Made by a program: the position numbers and the translations under genes | Shown here: one piece after another, positions 8,902 through 16,464 of the stretch | Layout: the number at the start of each line of letters is the position of its first letter | Position numbering within the stretch: position 1 is the first letter of the stretch | Origin: Clostridia bacterium | GTDB lineage: Bacteria > Bacillota > Clostridia > Christensenellales > Aristaeellaceae | Direction: 5' to 3' | DNA length: 64,000 nt | Assembly: GCA_045598325.1 (NCBI GenBank) | Contig: JAZLLT010000050.1 | Span: 493-64,492, forward strand | Notes under the pieces: model-generated | Told to the model about the DNA's origin: nothing | Database searches by the model: none | What the model saw: only the letters and a program-made list of their open reading frames with translations

Positions 8902-9124
8902 CTTCTTGCCTTCCCACGCGAATGTGTGAATATGTCGGCGCAGCCGATATATACAATCTATATCTGAATACGCTTTCTATGCTGTCACCCCAATGTATTG
9001 CCCATGGCTTGATAGGAACATGAATGATCCTTGTCCTCTTCTTGCGCATTATGCGATGAAGAATGTAATCATATCTGTGCACTCTACCCGTGTAATATGG
9101 CGGCATACGCTTGTTCTTTCCCAT
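8882..9124 (-). CDS. hypothetical small basic phage protein
   Basis: 80 aa ORF with AAGGAG 7 nt upstream of the ATG. It overlaps the next ORF by 20 nt. Confidence 0.45.
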   Translation of the reverse strand: MGKNKRMPPYYTGRVHRYDYILHRIMRKKRTRIIHVPIKPWAIHWGDSIESVFRYRLYISAAPTYSHIRVGRQEDVQNKM

Positions 9125-9324
9125 TTACTTGCTCCTTACTGTTTACCGTCAGCGCAGAAGTACAGTCCTCGCACACCTCTTAAGTATCGCAAGGCATATA
9201 TGCACGAGCATCCTGCAATATAATATTGCAATGCGATTCTTCTATCACGCCGCCGCACAATCCGCATATCATTTTGATTTCAACTACATCACCCGTAGGG
9301 CGTTGGCTTGCTCTCGCCTCCGTA

Positions 9325-9396
9325 TCACAGGCGGTTGCAGACTTGTCTCCCTTCTGGAATGATTGCTCCGCAGCAGATGCAACGATCTACGCTCAT
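9325..9396 (-). CDS. micro-ORF, 23 aa, Cys-rich (MSVDRCICCGAIIPEGRQVCNRL)
   Basis: Hand-translated. The ATG overlaps the upstream TGA (GAGGTGAGCGAATGA coupling motif). It is below the 60-aa ORF track cutoff. Confidence 0.3.
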   Translation of the reverse strand: MSVDRCICCGAIIPEGRQVCNRL

Positions 9397-9566
9397 TCGC
9401 TCACCTCTTTCCGCTGCCGTTTTTCGATTTCGCGGTCAATCTCATCCCTGTGTTTGTCTGCAAAGACCACAATTGCGGTTGCACGCATTCCCCAAAATAC
9501 CGACATATCACCGAACCTCATTCTGGTATGCTGGGCGATAAAACTGATTTTTTCCTCGTCTGTCAT
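9393..9566 (-). CDS. small hypothetical phage protein, 57 aa
   Basis: Hand-translated as MTDEEKISFIAQHTRMRFGDMSVFWGMRATAIVVFADKHRDEIDREIEKRQRKEVSE. The ATG overlaps the upstream stop (ATGA) and is preceded by GAGAGGTGA. Confidence 0.5.
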   Translation of the reverse strand: MTDEEKISFIAQHTRMRFGDMSVFWGMRATAIVVFADKHRDEIDREIEKRQRKEVSE

Positions 9567-9865
9567 TCGCTCACCTCTCTCCGTTCACCGTCAGCGCAGA
9601 AATAGTCAAGTCTGTTACCGTGCCACTCCATATAATTATTTTTTTCGCAATAATAGTCTGTTGAATTTTCGCCCCAACCATCATTGTATTTAGCCGATAC
9701 AAGACGCTTGCAGTCCTTGCACCGCACGACTTCCACAACATCGGCGGCAGGAACGGCTTTCACCGTATTGATTGCCACAATTCCCGCCAGACTGTGTTCA
9801 AAACCGCTCGGCTGCAAGTTGCTGAATGCTTCGAGCACATCGCTCCGCTTGATATAATCGTTCAT
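9563..9865 (-). CDS. hypothetical phage protein (Cys-containing)
   Basis: ORF 9563..9919 trimmed to the ATG at 9865 (MNDYIKRSDVLEAF...), which overlaps the upstream stop (ATGA). Confidence 0.6.
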   Translation of the reverse strand: MNDYIKRSDVLEAFSNLQPSGFEHSLAGIVAINTVKAVPAADVVEVVRCKDCKRLVSAKYNDGWGENSTDYYCEKNNYMEWHGNRLDYFCADGERREVSE

Positions 9866-10068
9866 TCCATATCCTCCAACATATCCGTCATAATAGGTCT
9901 TTCGGGCAGTTTCATCCAATGCGTGATGAAATCGTTCTGCATCGCTATATCCGCCCGATAGACCATAGCCCCGGATAACCTATGCCAAACGAGTACGCAT
10001 CCCTGCGCGTCCTCGTCCTCTTTCCGGGGCTGTTCGATTTTCATATTCTTCCAACCCGTCATTTCCAC
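9862..10068 (-). CDS. hypothetical phage protein, DUF551-like (ITHWMKLPERP)
   Basis: 68 aa ORF. The motif is shared with 8563..8901. Confidence 0.55.
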   Translation of the reverse strand: MEMTGWKNMKIEQPRKEDEDAQGCVLVWHRLSGAMVYRADIAMQNDFITHWMKLPERPIMTDMLEDME

Positions 10069-10853
10069 GGAAATTCCTGCCTAAAATCTTCTCCCATGAT
10101 TCCACGCAGCGATTCTTTCATGAACACCTTCATTTGCGTGATAGCAGCCGCATCCACGATGTTATCCACCCACTCGCGTTGCGGTATGATTTTGCCCTTT
10201 CGGTTTCCGGTTTCCGCGCCGATAATGATCCATTTATCTCTTCCGAATGATCCAAGACCGACATCTAAATACTCCGTCAGCGGCTCTATACTCATAAAAC
10301 TGTTATAGCCCCACGCTTGGAATCTTCCCGCATCGCGGTTGTCAATCGTACTTCCGAGCCACCAGTTATCGTGCTTCTTGAGAATCCCATCATTGATGAG
10401 CGCAAAATACCGCTTCGGATTCTTCGTAAGAAAGATATACCGATGCCACGGTGCTTTATCGCAAGCGTCAAATACTTCCTCGATCCACTTATCCGGCACC
10501 CACTCGCCGAACAAGTCAGCCATGGAGCAGACGAAAATCGTTTTCGGCTTCTTCCACTTCTGCGGCTCATCGAGACGGTACTTGTGGAATGTCGGGTCAA
10601 AGCAATACGGGTAAGGAGCAGCCATCCATTTATCGCCCTTATAGCACCGCATCTGCGGCTCATTCAGCACATGATTTTCTCCCGTGCCGTCAAACACATC
10701 CCACTCATGTCCCGCTTCCGTGTTCCATTCTTGGAACTGAACGCCGAACCTATACGCAATCTTCCTCGCATAGCAGTATTCGCAGCCATGCAAACACCCG
10801 GTCACGGGGTTCCAAGTCGCGTCACACCAGTCGATTTTACTGTGCTGTCCCAT
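10059..10853 (-). CDS. phage Gp37/Gp68-family protein (DUF5131-like) with CX3CX2C radical-SAM-type cysteine motif
   Basis: ORF 10059..10907 trimmed to the ATG at 10853 (GAGGAGGAAACGGAAG upstream). The N-terminus KIDWCDATWNPVTGCLHGCEYCYA is characteristic of the family. Confidence 0.75.
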   Translation of the reverse strand: MGQHSKIDWCDATWNPVTGCLHGCEYCYARKIAYRFGVQFQEWNTEAGHEWDVFDGTGENHVLNEPQMRCYKGDKWMAAPYPYCFDPTFHKYRLDEPQKWKKPKTIFVCSMADLFGEWVPDKWIEEVFDACDKAPWHRYIFLTKNPKRYFALINDGILKKHDNWWLGSTIDNRDAGRFQAWGYNSFMSIEPLTEYLDVGLGSFGRDKWIIIGAETGNRKGKIIPQREWVDNIVDAAAITQMKVFMKESLRGIMGEDFRQEFPWK

Positions 10854-11151
10854 CTTCCGTTTCCTCCTCATCGTCTCCCGTGTATGTAAGATACCCGTCA
10901 TCGTCACTCATCCGCTGACCGCAATGAGGGCAAAACTCCGCCTTGTCGATATAGCCGTTGATGATCCATTCGCGGTTGTTCACATAGGTCTTGAAACACT
11001 TCGTGCAGTATACGATATGCGGATACGCGCTTGTCGCTTTCCATTCCGCCGTATCATCGCCATCATGTAATATTCTTACTTCGGTCGATGTATTTTGATA
11101 CGGGTACTGGTGTTTACGCACATTGAGTTTGAACACATTAGCCAGTCTCAT
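10837..11151 (-). CDS. hypothetical zinc-ribbon phage protein
   Basis: Cys pairs CTKC...CPHC. The start is chosen at the ATG at 11151 (AGAGGTGA upstream) rather than 11172. Confidence 0.55.
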   Translation of the reverse strand: MRLANVFKLNVRKHQYPYQNTSTEVRILHDGDDTAEWKATSAYPHIVYCTKCFKTYVNNREWIINGYIDKAEFCPHCGQRMSDDDGYLTYTGDDEEETEDGTAQ

Positions 11152-11168
11152 GCTGTCACCTCTAAATA

Positions 11169-11372
11169 TCATAATTCGTAACGCGGTTTGGAAAGGTCGG
11201 ACAGGAATTGCATGATGGTCATGTCATCCTGCAGAAAGCGGAACTCCTTATCGCCAAGCACGCCCCTTTCGTCCGAAAACGCTCTGATGATTGCGTTCCC
11301 TTCCTCGATGCTGCAATGAAGCCGCCGCGCGATTTCGTCCGCGCTGATGGATATATCGCTTTCCGGGTGCAT
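11169..11372 (-). CDS. hypothetical small phage protein
   Basis: ORF 11169..11411 trimmed to the ATG at 11372 (AAGGTGA upstream, no overlap with the preceding gene). Confidence 0.5.
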   Translation of the reverse strand: MHPESDISISADEIARRLHCSIEEGNAIIRAFSDERGVLGDKEFRFLQDDMTIMQFLSDLSKPRYEL

Positions 11373-11373
11373 A

Positions 11374-11934
11374 TCAGTCACCTTGCCTTTCACCGATGAT
11401 TTCCGTGTCATCGCTCGTATAGTCCATGCTCATGATGTCCCTTCGGGAGTCATTATCTGCGCTTCCGTAACTGCTCCATATGCACGCCCCGCCGCTTTCT
11501 GTCGGCATCCTGTATGTGAACAGTTTGTCGAGTGCCGCTTTGGTCGGGCAGTTTTTGATTTTCTCTGCCTTTAAGGTGCAGAACATACATTCGTCCTTGA
11601 TAACATGATCGATGAGCCACGCCAGTTGTTCCCGCGTGATATACACGCAGTCTGTTTCGTTCATATCCCTGCGCGAAGGTCCGATGGTTACAAGACGGAT
11701 TTCGTCACCGTCCATCTCCCTTTGGATTTTGCCGATTTCCTGCTGACTGAAAGTTCCCTTAACGCGGCTGATTGCGCTCATTATGAGTTCCATGCCGCGC
11801 TGATAGTCCTCCCACGCGCCCGGTAATTCAGCCTCCATGCGCCGTTTCAAGGCGGGAGCCGCATTGTCCACCGCGCTCATTCCCGCGCAGTAGTAGCGGT
11901 ATCCCCAATACTCTTTTGCCACCATTCTTCCCAT
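11374..11934 (-). CDS. hypothetical phage protein
   Basis: 186 aa ORF in the early operon. No recognisable motif. Confidence 0.6.
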   Translation of the reverse strand: MGRMVAKEYWGYRYYCAGMSAVDNAAPALKRRMEAELPGAWEDYQRGMELIMSAISRVKGTFSQQEIGKIQREMDGDEIRLVTIGPSRRDMNETDCVYITREQLAWLIDHVIKDECMFCTLKAEKIKNCPTKAALDKLFTYRMPTESGGACIWSSYGSADNDSRRDIMSMDYTSDDTEIIGERQGD

Positions 11935-11938
11935 GCTG

Positions 11939-12202
11939 TCACCTCTTTGCTTTTTTCTCCCAATAGCGCATACGCTCTTTCTCTGCGTGTATCACATTGC
12001 AGTAAAAGCACATAGTCCTTCCGTTCTGTCGTGGGTTTTTACCGCAGTACACACATAGTCCGGCGTCATAACGCTTCTGTTTGAGTTTCTTTTTTAGTTC
12101 TGCAGTTTTATTACAGCAGGCTTTACATAGCATACGCCCGCTTTGAGCGGGATTTTTCTTACAATGGCTGCACATCGTAATTTCGCTCATGTCGCACCTC
12201 AT
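11939..12202 (-). CDS. hypothetical Cys-rich (multi CxxC) zinc-finger phage protein
   Basis: 87 aa with CSHC...CKAC...CVYC...CFYC. The start overlaps the SSB stop (ATGA-type coupling). Confidence 0.6.
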   Translation of the reverse strand: MRCDMSEITMCSHCKKNPAQSGRMLCKACCNKTAELKKKLKQKRYDAGLCVYCGKNPRQNGRTMCFYCNVIHAEKERMRYWEKKAKR

Positions 12203-12624
12203 AACGGCAGTTCATCATCGTCCGCCTGCGTCAACTCATCGTTCCCCTCTTGCCGTCCCTGCCCCGATGGGAATGTGTCGGCAGAGCCGACAGATGAGGA
12301 GCCGTCCTTCTTCGCGCTCAAAAACTCCACTTCGTCCGCCACGATCTCTGTGACCGTCCGCTTAGTTCCGTCCTGCGCTTCATACTGCCTGTTCTGTATC
12401 TGCCCGGTTACAAGCACCTTGCGCCCCTTGCACAGATACTTCGAGCATACCTCCGCCAGTTCCCGCCAACACACCACGCGCATGAAGTCCGCCTGCCCGT
12501 TTCCGTTTGCGTCCGCGTAACGCCTGTTGACCGCAACGGTGAATGTGCATACCTTTTTCCCGGTTGTCGTCTCTTTGAGTTCGATGTCCTCCGTGAGATT
12601 GCCCGTAATGATTGCCTTGTTCAT
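12199..12624 (-). CDS. ssb: single-stranded DNA-binding protein
   Basis: ORF trimmed to the ATG at 12624 (MNKAIITGNLTEDIELKETTTGKKVCTFTVAVNRRY...). OB-fold SSB pattern with an acidic tail DDDELPL. Confidence 0.9.
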   Translation of the reverse strand: MNKAIITGNLTEDIELKETTTGKKVCTFTVAVNRRYADANGNGQADFMRVVCWRELAEVCSKYLCKGRKVLVTGQIQNRQYEAQDGTKRTVTEIVADEVEFLSAKKDGSSSVGSADTFPSGQGRQEGNDELTQADDDELPL

Positions 12625-13412
12625 TCGTTTCTCCTGTCCATATAGTCGATAGCATCCGCTTCCGTATAGCACCCATTATCTACCCAGTCTCGCAAAAGCG
12701 ACATGATGTACTGGATCGGGAATTTCGGATTGGCTGTCGCGGCTGTTTGTATCGCGTAATCGAGCAGGCTGTCCGATATGTGATTCATGCACACATATTC
12801 CGCAAGCCGCTTAATAAACGCGGGTGTCGGCGTGATGCCGAAGTGCGTTCTGTATGAGCGCACGATTTCGCCTTCCCTGCCCTGTACCTCGAATTGAAAG
12901 TCCTCGCGCACACACGCGAGTTCTCTTACTATCTCTTCTTCATCCTCATCAATATATTTTATTTTATTTATATAAAATGGGGCGTCCTTGGGTACATGGT
13001 TGGGTACAGGGTTGGTATCATGGTTGGGTATATTGTTGGGTACATTGTTGGGTACATTGTTGGGTACGGATTTGTACCCAACATTCACACTCAAATAGAG
13101 GAGTCGATAGGCGGGATTGCGCTTATTGCGCTCTCCCTTGGTAAAATCAATGAGTCCTCTTTGTTTGAGTGCGTTGCGTGCATCATCGATCCCGCGCTTG
13201 TCGAGGGTACTGTATAAATTCAATTCGCCATTCGATACGCAGATAAAATCGTCTGACCAGTCGTATGTTTTGGTACGCACATCGTATACCGCCCTGTCGT
13301 TGGCGATATAAAATAATGCCATCCATAACGCACGCTCACGCAATGACAGATTGTTATCCCGCGCAAATCTCATAAACAAATCAAATTCATCCACGAAATT
13401 CACACTTGACAT
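12621..13412 (-). CDS. replication initiation protein, DnaD-domain type, with internal VPNN repeat linker
   Basis: ORF 12621..13709 trimmed to the ATG at 13412 (AAGGAAG upstream). The C-terminus ...PKFPIQYIMSLLRDWVDNGCYTEADAIDY resembles the DnaD/DnaB_2 domain. It lies just upstream of SSB. Confidence 0.7.
   Translation of the reverse strand: MSSVNFVDEFDLFMRFARDNNLSLRERALWMALFYIANDRAVYDVRTKTYDWSDDFICVSNGELNLYSTLDKRGIDDARNALKQRGLIDFTKGERNKRNPAYRLLYLSVNVGYKSVPNNVPNNVPNNIPNHDTNPVPNHVPKDAPFYINKIKYIDEDEEEIVRELACVREDFQFEVQGREGEIVRSYRTHFGITPTPAFIKRLAEYVCMNHISDSLLDYAIQTAATANPKFPIQYIMSLLRDWVDNGCYTEADAIDYMDRRNE
12988..13082. repeat. seven tandem 12-bp iterons (TTGGGTACATTG-like) plus one inverted copy, flanked by a 28-nt pure A/T tract (12951..12978)
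   Basis: Read directly: units start at 12988, 13000, 13012, 13024, 13036, 13048 and 13060. GTTGGGTAC (13059..13067) and GTACCCAAC (13074..13082) are reverse complements. Confidence 0.9.
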
Positions 13413-13440
13413 ATTGCTGCTTCCTTTGCTGCTTATTCGC

Positions 13441-13869
13441 TTAAGTTTTCCCTGTGCTTCCGATACCGCCCCTGCTCTTGTTGCCGAGGATATCCACTTG
13501 GCAAAAGCGCAGGCGCGGCTGATGCTTAACGATGCGGAACTGGCATATGCGATCGTTGCGCTCAATGTGCGTATCCTCTGTGGCGTATGCGAGGAAATTC
13601 CACTCGTCAAAATCGCCTTTATAACTCTCGTCAATAATGCCGATACTGCCCGCCAAGAGGATACGGTACTTGCGGAATGTGCTTGAGCGCGGTGCCATGA
13701 TTGCCTCATACCCTTTCGGCAGTTCCATTGCCACGCCGAGAGGGATTTGCGTATACTCCCCCTTTACCATGTCGATTGTGCATCCTGCGCGAAGGTCTAT
13801 CCAGTCACCAACGCTGATTTTCTGTATCGGCGTCACATCGCGCAGGTAGCGTACCTTGATCGTTTTCAT
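13441..13869 (-). CDS. dut: dUTP diphosphatase
   Basis: 142 aa with dUTPase motifs (AMELPKGYEAIMAPRSS, GIIDESYKGD, RGGIGSTGK). Confidence 0.9.
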   Translation of the reverse strand: MKTIKVRYLRDVTPIQKISVGDWIDLRAGCTIDMVKGEYTQIPLGVAMELPKGYEAIMAPRSSTFRKYRILLAGSIGIIDESYKGDFDEWNFLAYATEDTHIERNDRICQFRIVKHQPRLRFCQVDILGNKSRGGIGSTGKT

Positions 13870-13873
13870 GTGT

Positions 13874-14365
13874 CTATACTCCGTATTCTTTGATTTCGCG
13901 CACGATTTCGCGCACCTTTACGCGGTTGTTCCATCCGGCGATCTGCGTCCGTGCGATACTGTATTCATGGCGCGGTATCTCGTTCATCTGCCCGACACCG
14001 TACCGGGCAAGTACTTCCGCACGGATGACGCGGGACAGCCTGTCTACCGCCTTTTTGATGCTCTGCGGATAGAAGCCGCTTTCCTCATCTTCCCACGCGG
14101 CAAGTTTCTCTTTCGCCGTTGTGCGGATGTCCGCGTTAAGGTATTTCACTTGCTGTGCGGTCACGGGCGTATTGAGTTTCACCTGCATTTCAAGTGCCTC
14201 CATGCGCTCGCTCATCATCTTCTGCTGCTGACTCACATCCTTCAAGGCTTCCACATTCTGCTCGATCATCTGCGCCATAGCCCGAAGAACGGGGTTCATG
14301 ATGGTATTGATGACCTCCGCCAGTTCGCCGCCGTTAGGCACGACAACGCACATCTCGTCCGTCAT
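13874..14365 (-). CDS. hypothetical phage protein with ORF6C-like C-terminal domain
   Basis: ORF trimmed to the ATG at 14365 (overlaps the upstream stop, ATGA). A coiled-coil segment is followed by ...YGVGQMNEIPRHEYSIARTQIAGW, recalled as the ORF6C pattern. Confidence 0.55.
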   Translation of the reverse strand: MTDEMCVVVPNGGELAEVINTIMNPVLRAMAQMIEQNVEALKDVSQQQKMMSERMEALEMQVKLNTPVTAQQVKYLNADIRTTAKEKLAAWEDEESGFYPQSIKKAVDRLSRVIRAEVLARYGVGQMNEIPRHEYSIARTQIAGWNNRVKVREIVREIKEYGV

Positions 14366-15297
14366 ACTACCGCCTCCTCGCTGATGATAACACCGTTCAC
14401 GGTACCGAGTGCTTTCTGCGCCCTTGCACACCAGTCCGCGACTGTCTTTAAGCAACTTTCGTATACATCCGTTTCCTCCTGCGTCATCTTGGCGAAAGCG
14501 TTGCCCATGTAAGGCATTTGCGCCACTTCGCCCATGAAAATGCGCACGGCGCGAACAAAGGAATCGGGCGTCAGTTTTTCACTCACTTCGTGTTCGGCAT
14601 CTTTCTTCGCCGCGTCACTCTGCGCGTCAAGCAGTTTCATGCGCATATTGTCAATGTCCGCCTGCTGTTCTTCGACAATACGGGCGTAATCCTTGATTTC
14701 GCTCCGTGCCTTGCCGAGTTCTTCGTCAAGCGAGAGCCTGCTGTCGAGGAGTTCCTTGTTTGTTTCACCCGCAGCGGTGATTTCATCCTTATACCGCTTG
14801 ATGGTATCGTCCTTCTCGCGCAGTTGATCCGTGATTTCCTGCGGGATTTCCACGGGACGCTTAAGTATCTCGTCCGCTTCCCTGCGGGCTTCATCGGCTT
14901 CGGCTTGCGCCTTGTCGATTTGTGCCTGCATTTCGCTCCGCACCTGCTTCACCGCGTCATTGATTTCGCGGCTCGTCATGCTCTTTACATCGTGCGTATC
15001 GAAGAACTCGTCCTCTTTGCCCTGCGGAAGCGCAAGCAGTCCCCAAATCTGCGACTTGGAAAGTCCTTCCACCATCGGCACATTGCCGTACCGCTCGTAT
15101 GCCGCCATGCAGTTCTGCGCCCAACGCAGGCTCATTCCGCTGTTGACGGATACCCACTTCTCCCAGTCTCCGTGCTTGACGAGGGGCTTCGCCTCCGTAA
15201 ACACTCTCCCCAGTTGCATGAGGTTGCTTGCCACATTACTGGCGAATGTCTGTGCCTGCATAGCCAGTCCGTCAAGCGTAGTCAGTTCGTTACCCAT
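14362..15297 (-). CDS. DUF3102-like phage protein with long coiled-coil
   Basis: 311 aa. The N-terminal pattern GRVFTEAKPLVKHGDWEKWVSVNSGMSLRWAQNCM fits DUF3102 (from memory). GGAGGA RBS. Confidence 0.65.
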   Translation of the reverse strand: MGNELTTLDGLAMQAQTFASNVASNLMQLGRVFTEAKPLVKHGDWEKWVSVNSGMSLRWAQNCMAAYERYGNVPMVEGLSKSQIWGLLALPQGKEDEFFDTHDVKSMTSREINDAVKQVRSEMQAQIDKAQAEADEARREADEILKRPVEIPQEITDQLREKDDTIKRYKDEITAAGETNKELLDSRLSLDEELGKARSEIKDYARIVEEQQADIDNMRMKLLDAQSDAAKKDAEHEVSEKLTPDSFVRAVRIFMGEVAQMPYMGNAFAKMTQEETDVYESCLKTVADWCARAQKALGTVNGVIISEEAVV

Positions 15298-15330
15298 TGT
15301 GTGATCCTCCGTGTAATATATGATAAACGC

Positions 15331-15359
15331 TTGACTTATCCGAATATATCGTGTATAAT
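15331..15359 (+). promoter_or_regulatory. consensus sigma-70-type promoter pointing against the early operon
   Basis: TTGACT (15331..15336), a 17-nt spacer, then TATAAT (15354..15359). Confidence 0.55.
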
Positions 15360-15365
15360 ATCCGT

Positions 15366-15470
15366 GTAAGCCAGTCGCTTACCTCGCACTCGTATGGCAG
15401 ACCGTTGTCCGGCAAGATAGACGGTCTGTCATTTTTCTTTGTCCGCAGTTTCGTTCTGCGGATTTTCTTT
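15366..15470 (+). ncRNA. candidate phage antisense small RNA (about 75 nt to the first terminator, about 105 nt to the second)
   Basis: A plus-strand promoter is followed by two plus-strand terminator-like hairpins. The first stem spans 15396..15430 and is followed by ATTTTTCTTT. The second stem is TCCGCAG/CTGCGGA at 15442..15462 and is followed by TTTTCTTT. Confidence 0.4.
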
Positions 15471-15602
15471 ACCCCATCGCGTTTTGATAAGGTAGTATAG
15501 ACTAATTTCGCAATGCGCCGTATCCTTGTCGTGTTTCACGGCGCAGATCGGGCAGGAGCCGCGCAAAGGAGGCACGAATGTATAATGCTTTGCGTTTTCC
15601 AT
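15429..15602 (-). CDS. small hypothetical phage protein, 57 aa (CPIC..H..HC)
   Basis: Hand-translated as MENAKHYTFVPPLRGSCPICAVKHDKDTAHCEISLYYLIKTRWGKENPQNETADKEK. AGGAGGCAGG lies directly upstream of the ATG. Confidence 0.5.
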   Translation of the reverse strand: MENAKHYTFVPPLRGSCPICAVKHDKDTAHCEISLYYLIKTRWGKENPQNETADKEK

Positions 15603-15610
15603 CCTGCCTC

Positions 15611-16036
15611 CTATTGCTCTATGATTTCGATATGATACGCGTCCATCATAAGACGCTTTTTGATTTTGTATACCTTGTCTTTCTTGGTGGCTTCGCTCTT
15701 GGCGTCAATGACTTCCACTCCGCCGTCCTTGCGCGTCACCACAAAATCCGCGATATATTTGATGCCGCCCGGAAGATAAAACACTACCTGCCTTGCGACA
15801 GACGCGATTTCTCCCGCCTTTGCCCGCAACTTTACCTGCTCGTATACACGCGCTTCATGCCGCGAGTCGAACTTCCCGTCCTCCGTGACCGTCTTGATGT
15901 TCCCGTACTTCGTGCGTTCCGATTTCGCGGGCGCGTCATTTGAGGAAGTATGCGGGCGTATAACTTCCTGCGCTTTGCGACCCGTCCGAGCCGTGTAATC
16001 TTTGAGCCACTTCTCGTCAAATACGAGCCTGCTCAT
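15611..16036 (-). CDS. DUF1064-family phage protein (putative nuclease)
   Basis: KYGNIKTVTEDGKFDSRHEARVYEQ...IKYIADFVV...VIDAKS matches the DUF1064 pattern. Confidence 0.75.
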   Translation of the reverse strand: MSRLVFDEKWLKDYTARTGRKAQEVIRPHTSSNDAPAKSERTKYGNIKTVTEDGKFDSRHEARVYEQVKLRAKAGEIASVARQVVFYLPGGIKYIADFVVTRKDGGVEVIDAKSEATKKDKVYKIKKRLMMDAYHIEIIEQ

Positions 16037-16254
16037 CTGCTGACCACCACGGCGTTGCCGTACTGGAGCCAGTATAGGAACGATATGCGCGGTATCCGCA
16101 CGCTCCTGCCTATCACCGTTACGGCAAATCCCAACTTCGCCGGATTCTCCTGCGCCTGTGTCCTTACGCTCTGCGGGTCAGTCCCAAGCACCTCGCTTAC
16201 ATCAGCAGGCGTGAGCATCATCTTATCGCTTGTGCGAATCTCATCAATCGTCAT
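16033..16254 (-). CDS. small helix-turn-helix DNA-binding protein (excisionase/MerR-like fold)
   Basis: 73 aa. MLTPADVSEVLGTDPQSVRTQA... looks like an HTH. It is the second gene of the early operon. Confidence 0.55.
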   Translation of the reverse strand: MTIDEIRTSDKMMLTPADVSEVLGTDPQSVRTQAQENPAKLGFAVTVIGRSVRIPRISFLYWLQYGNAVVVSR

Positions 16255-16257
16255 GGT

Positions 16258-16446
16258 TCATCCTTCTTCTAATAAATCACCCATGCGGCAGCCGAACAGA
16301 TCAGCAAGTTTGCGCAGGGTCGCAGGACGCGGAATATGACCCTCGGTTTCCCATCTGCAAACCGCGCTTCTGTCTACTTCAAGTAAATCAGCAAGATCTT
16401 GTTGGGTTAATTTTGCTTTTTTTCTGTAAGATTCGATTCGGTTCAT
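16258..16446 (-). CDS. Cro-like XRE-family HTH regulator
   Basis: ORF trimmed to the ATG at 16446 (AGGAG upstream): MNRIESYRKKAKLTQQDLADLLEVDRSAVCRWE. It is divergent from the cI-like gene. Confidence 0.8.
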   Translation of the reverse strand: MNRIESYRKKAKLTQQDLADLLEVDRSAVCRWETEGHIPRPATLRKLADLFGCRMGDLLEEG

Positions 16447-16464
16447 TTTTCTCCTAAAGTTTTG

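Noticed and set aside
12988-13071. Tandem 12-bp repeats considered as a CRISPR array or simple satellite
   Set aside because: The units are contiguous with no spacers. They are only 12 bp long, in frame, and lie inside a coding gene (VPNN repeats). No cas genes are present. Iterons or a linker repeat is the better reading.
15331-15343. The 13-nt string TTGACTTATCCGA is shared by the phage plus-strand promoter (15331) and the host promoter at 30919, hinting at a common regulator site
   Set aside because: For a 64-kb window, tens of chance 13-mer coincidences are expected. Half of the match is simply the -35 consensus, and the flanking sequence is unrelated.
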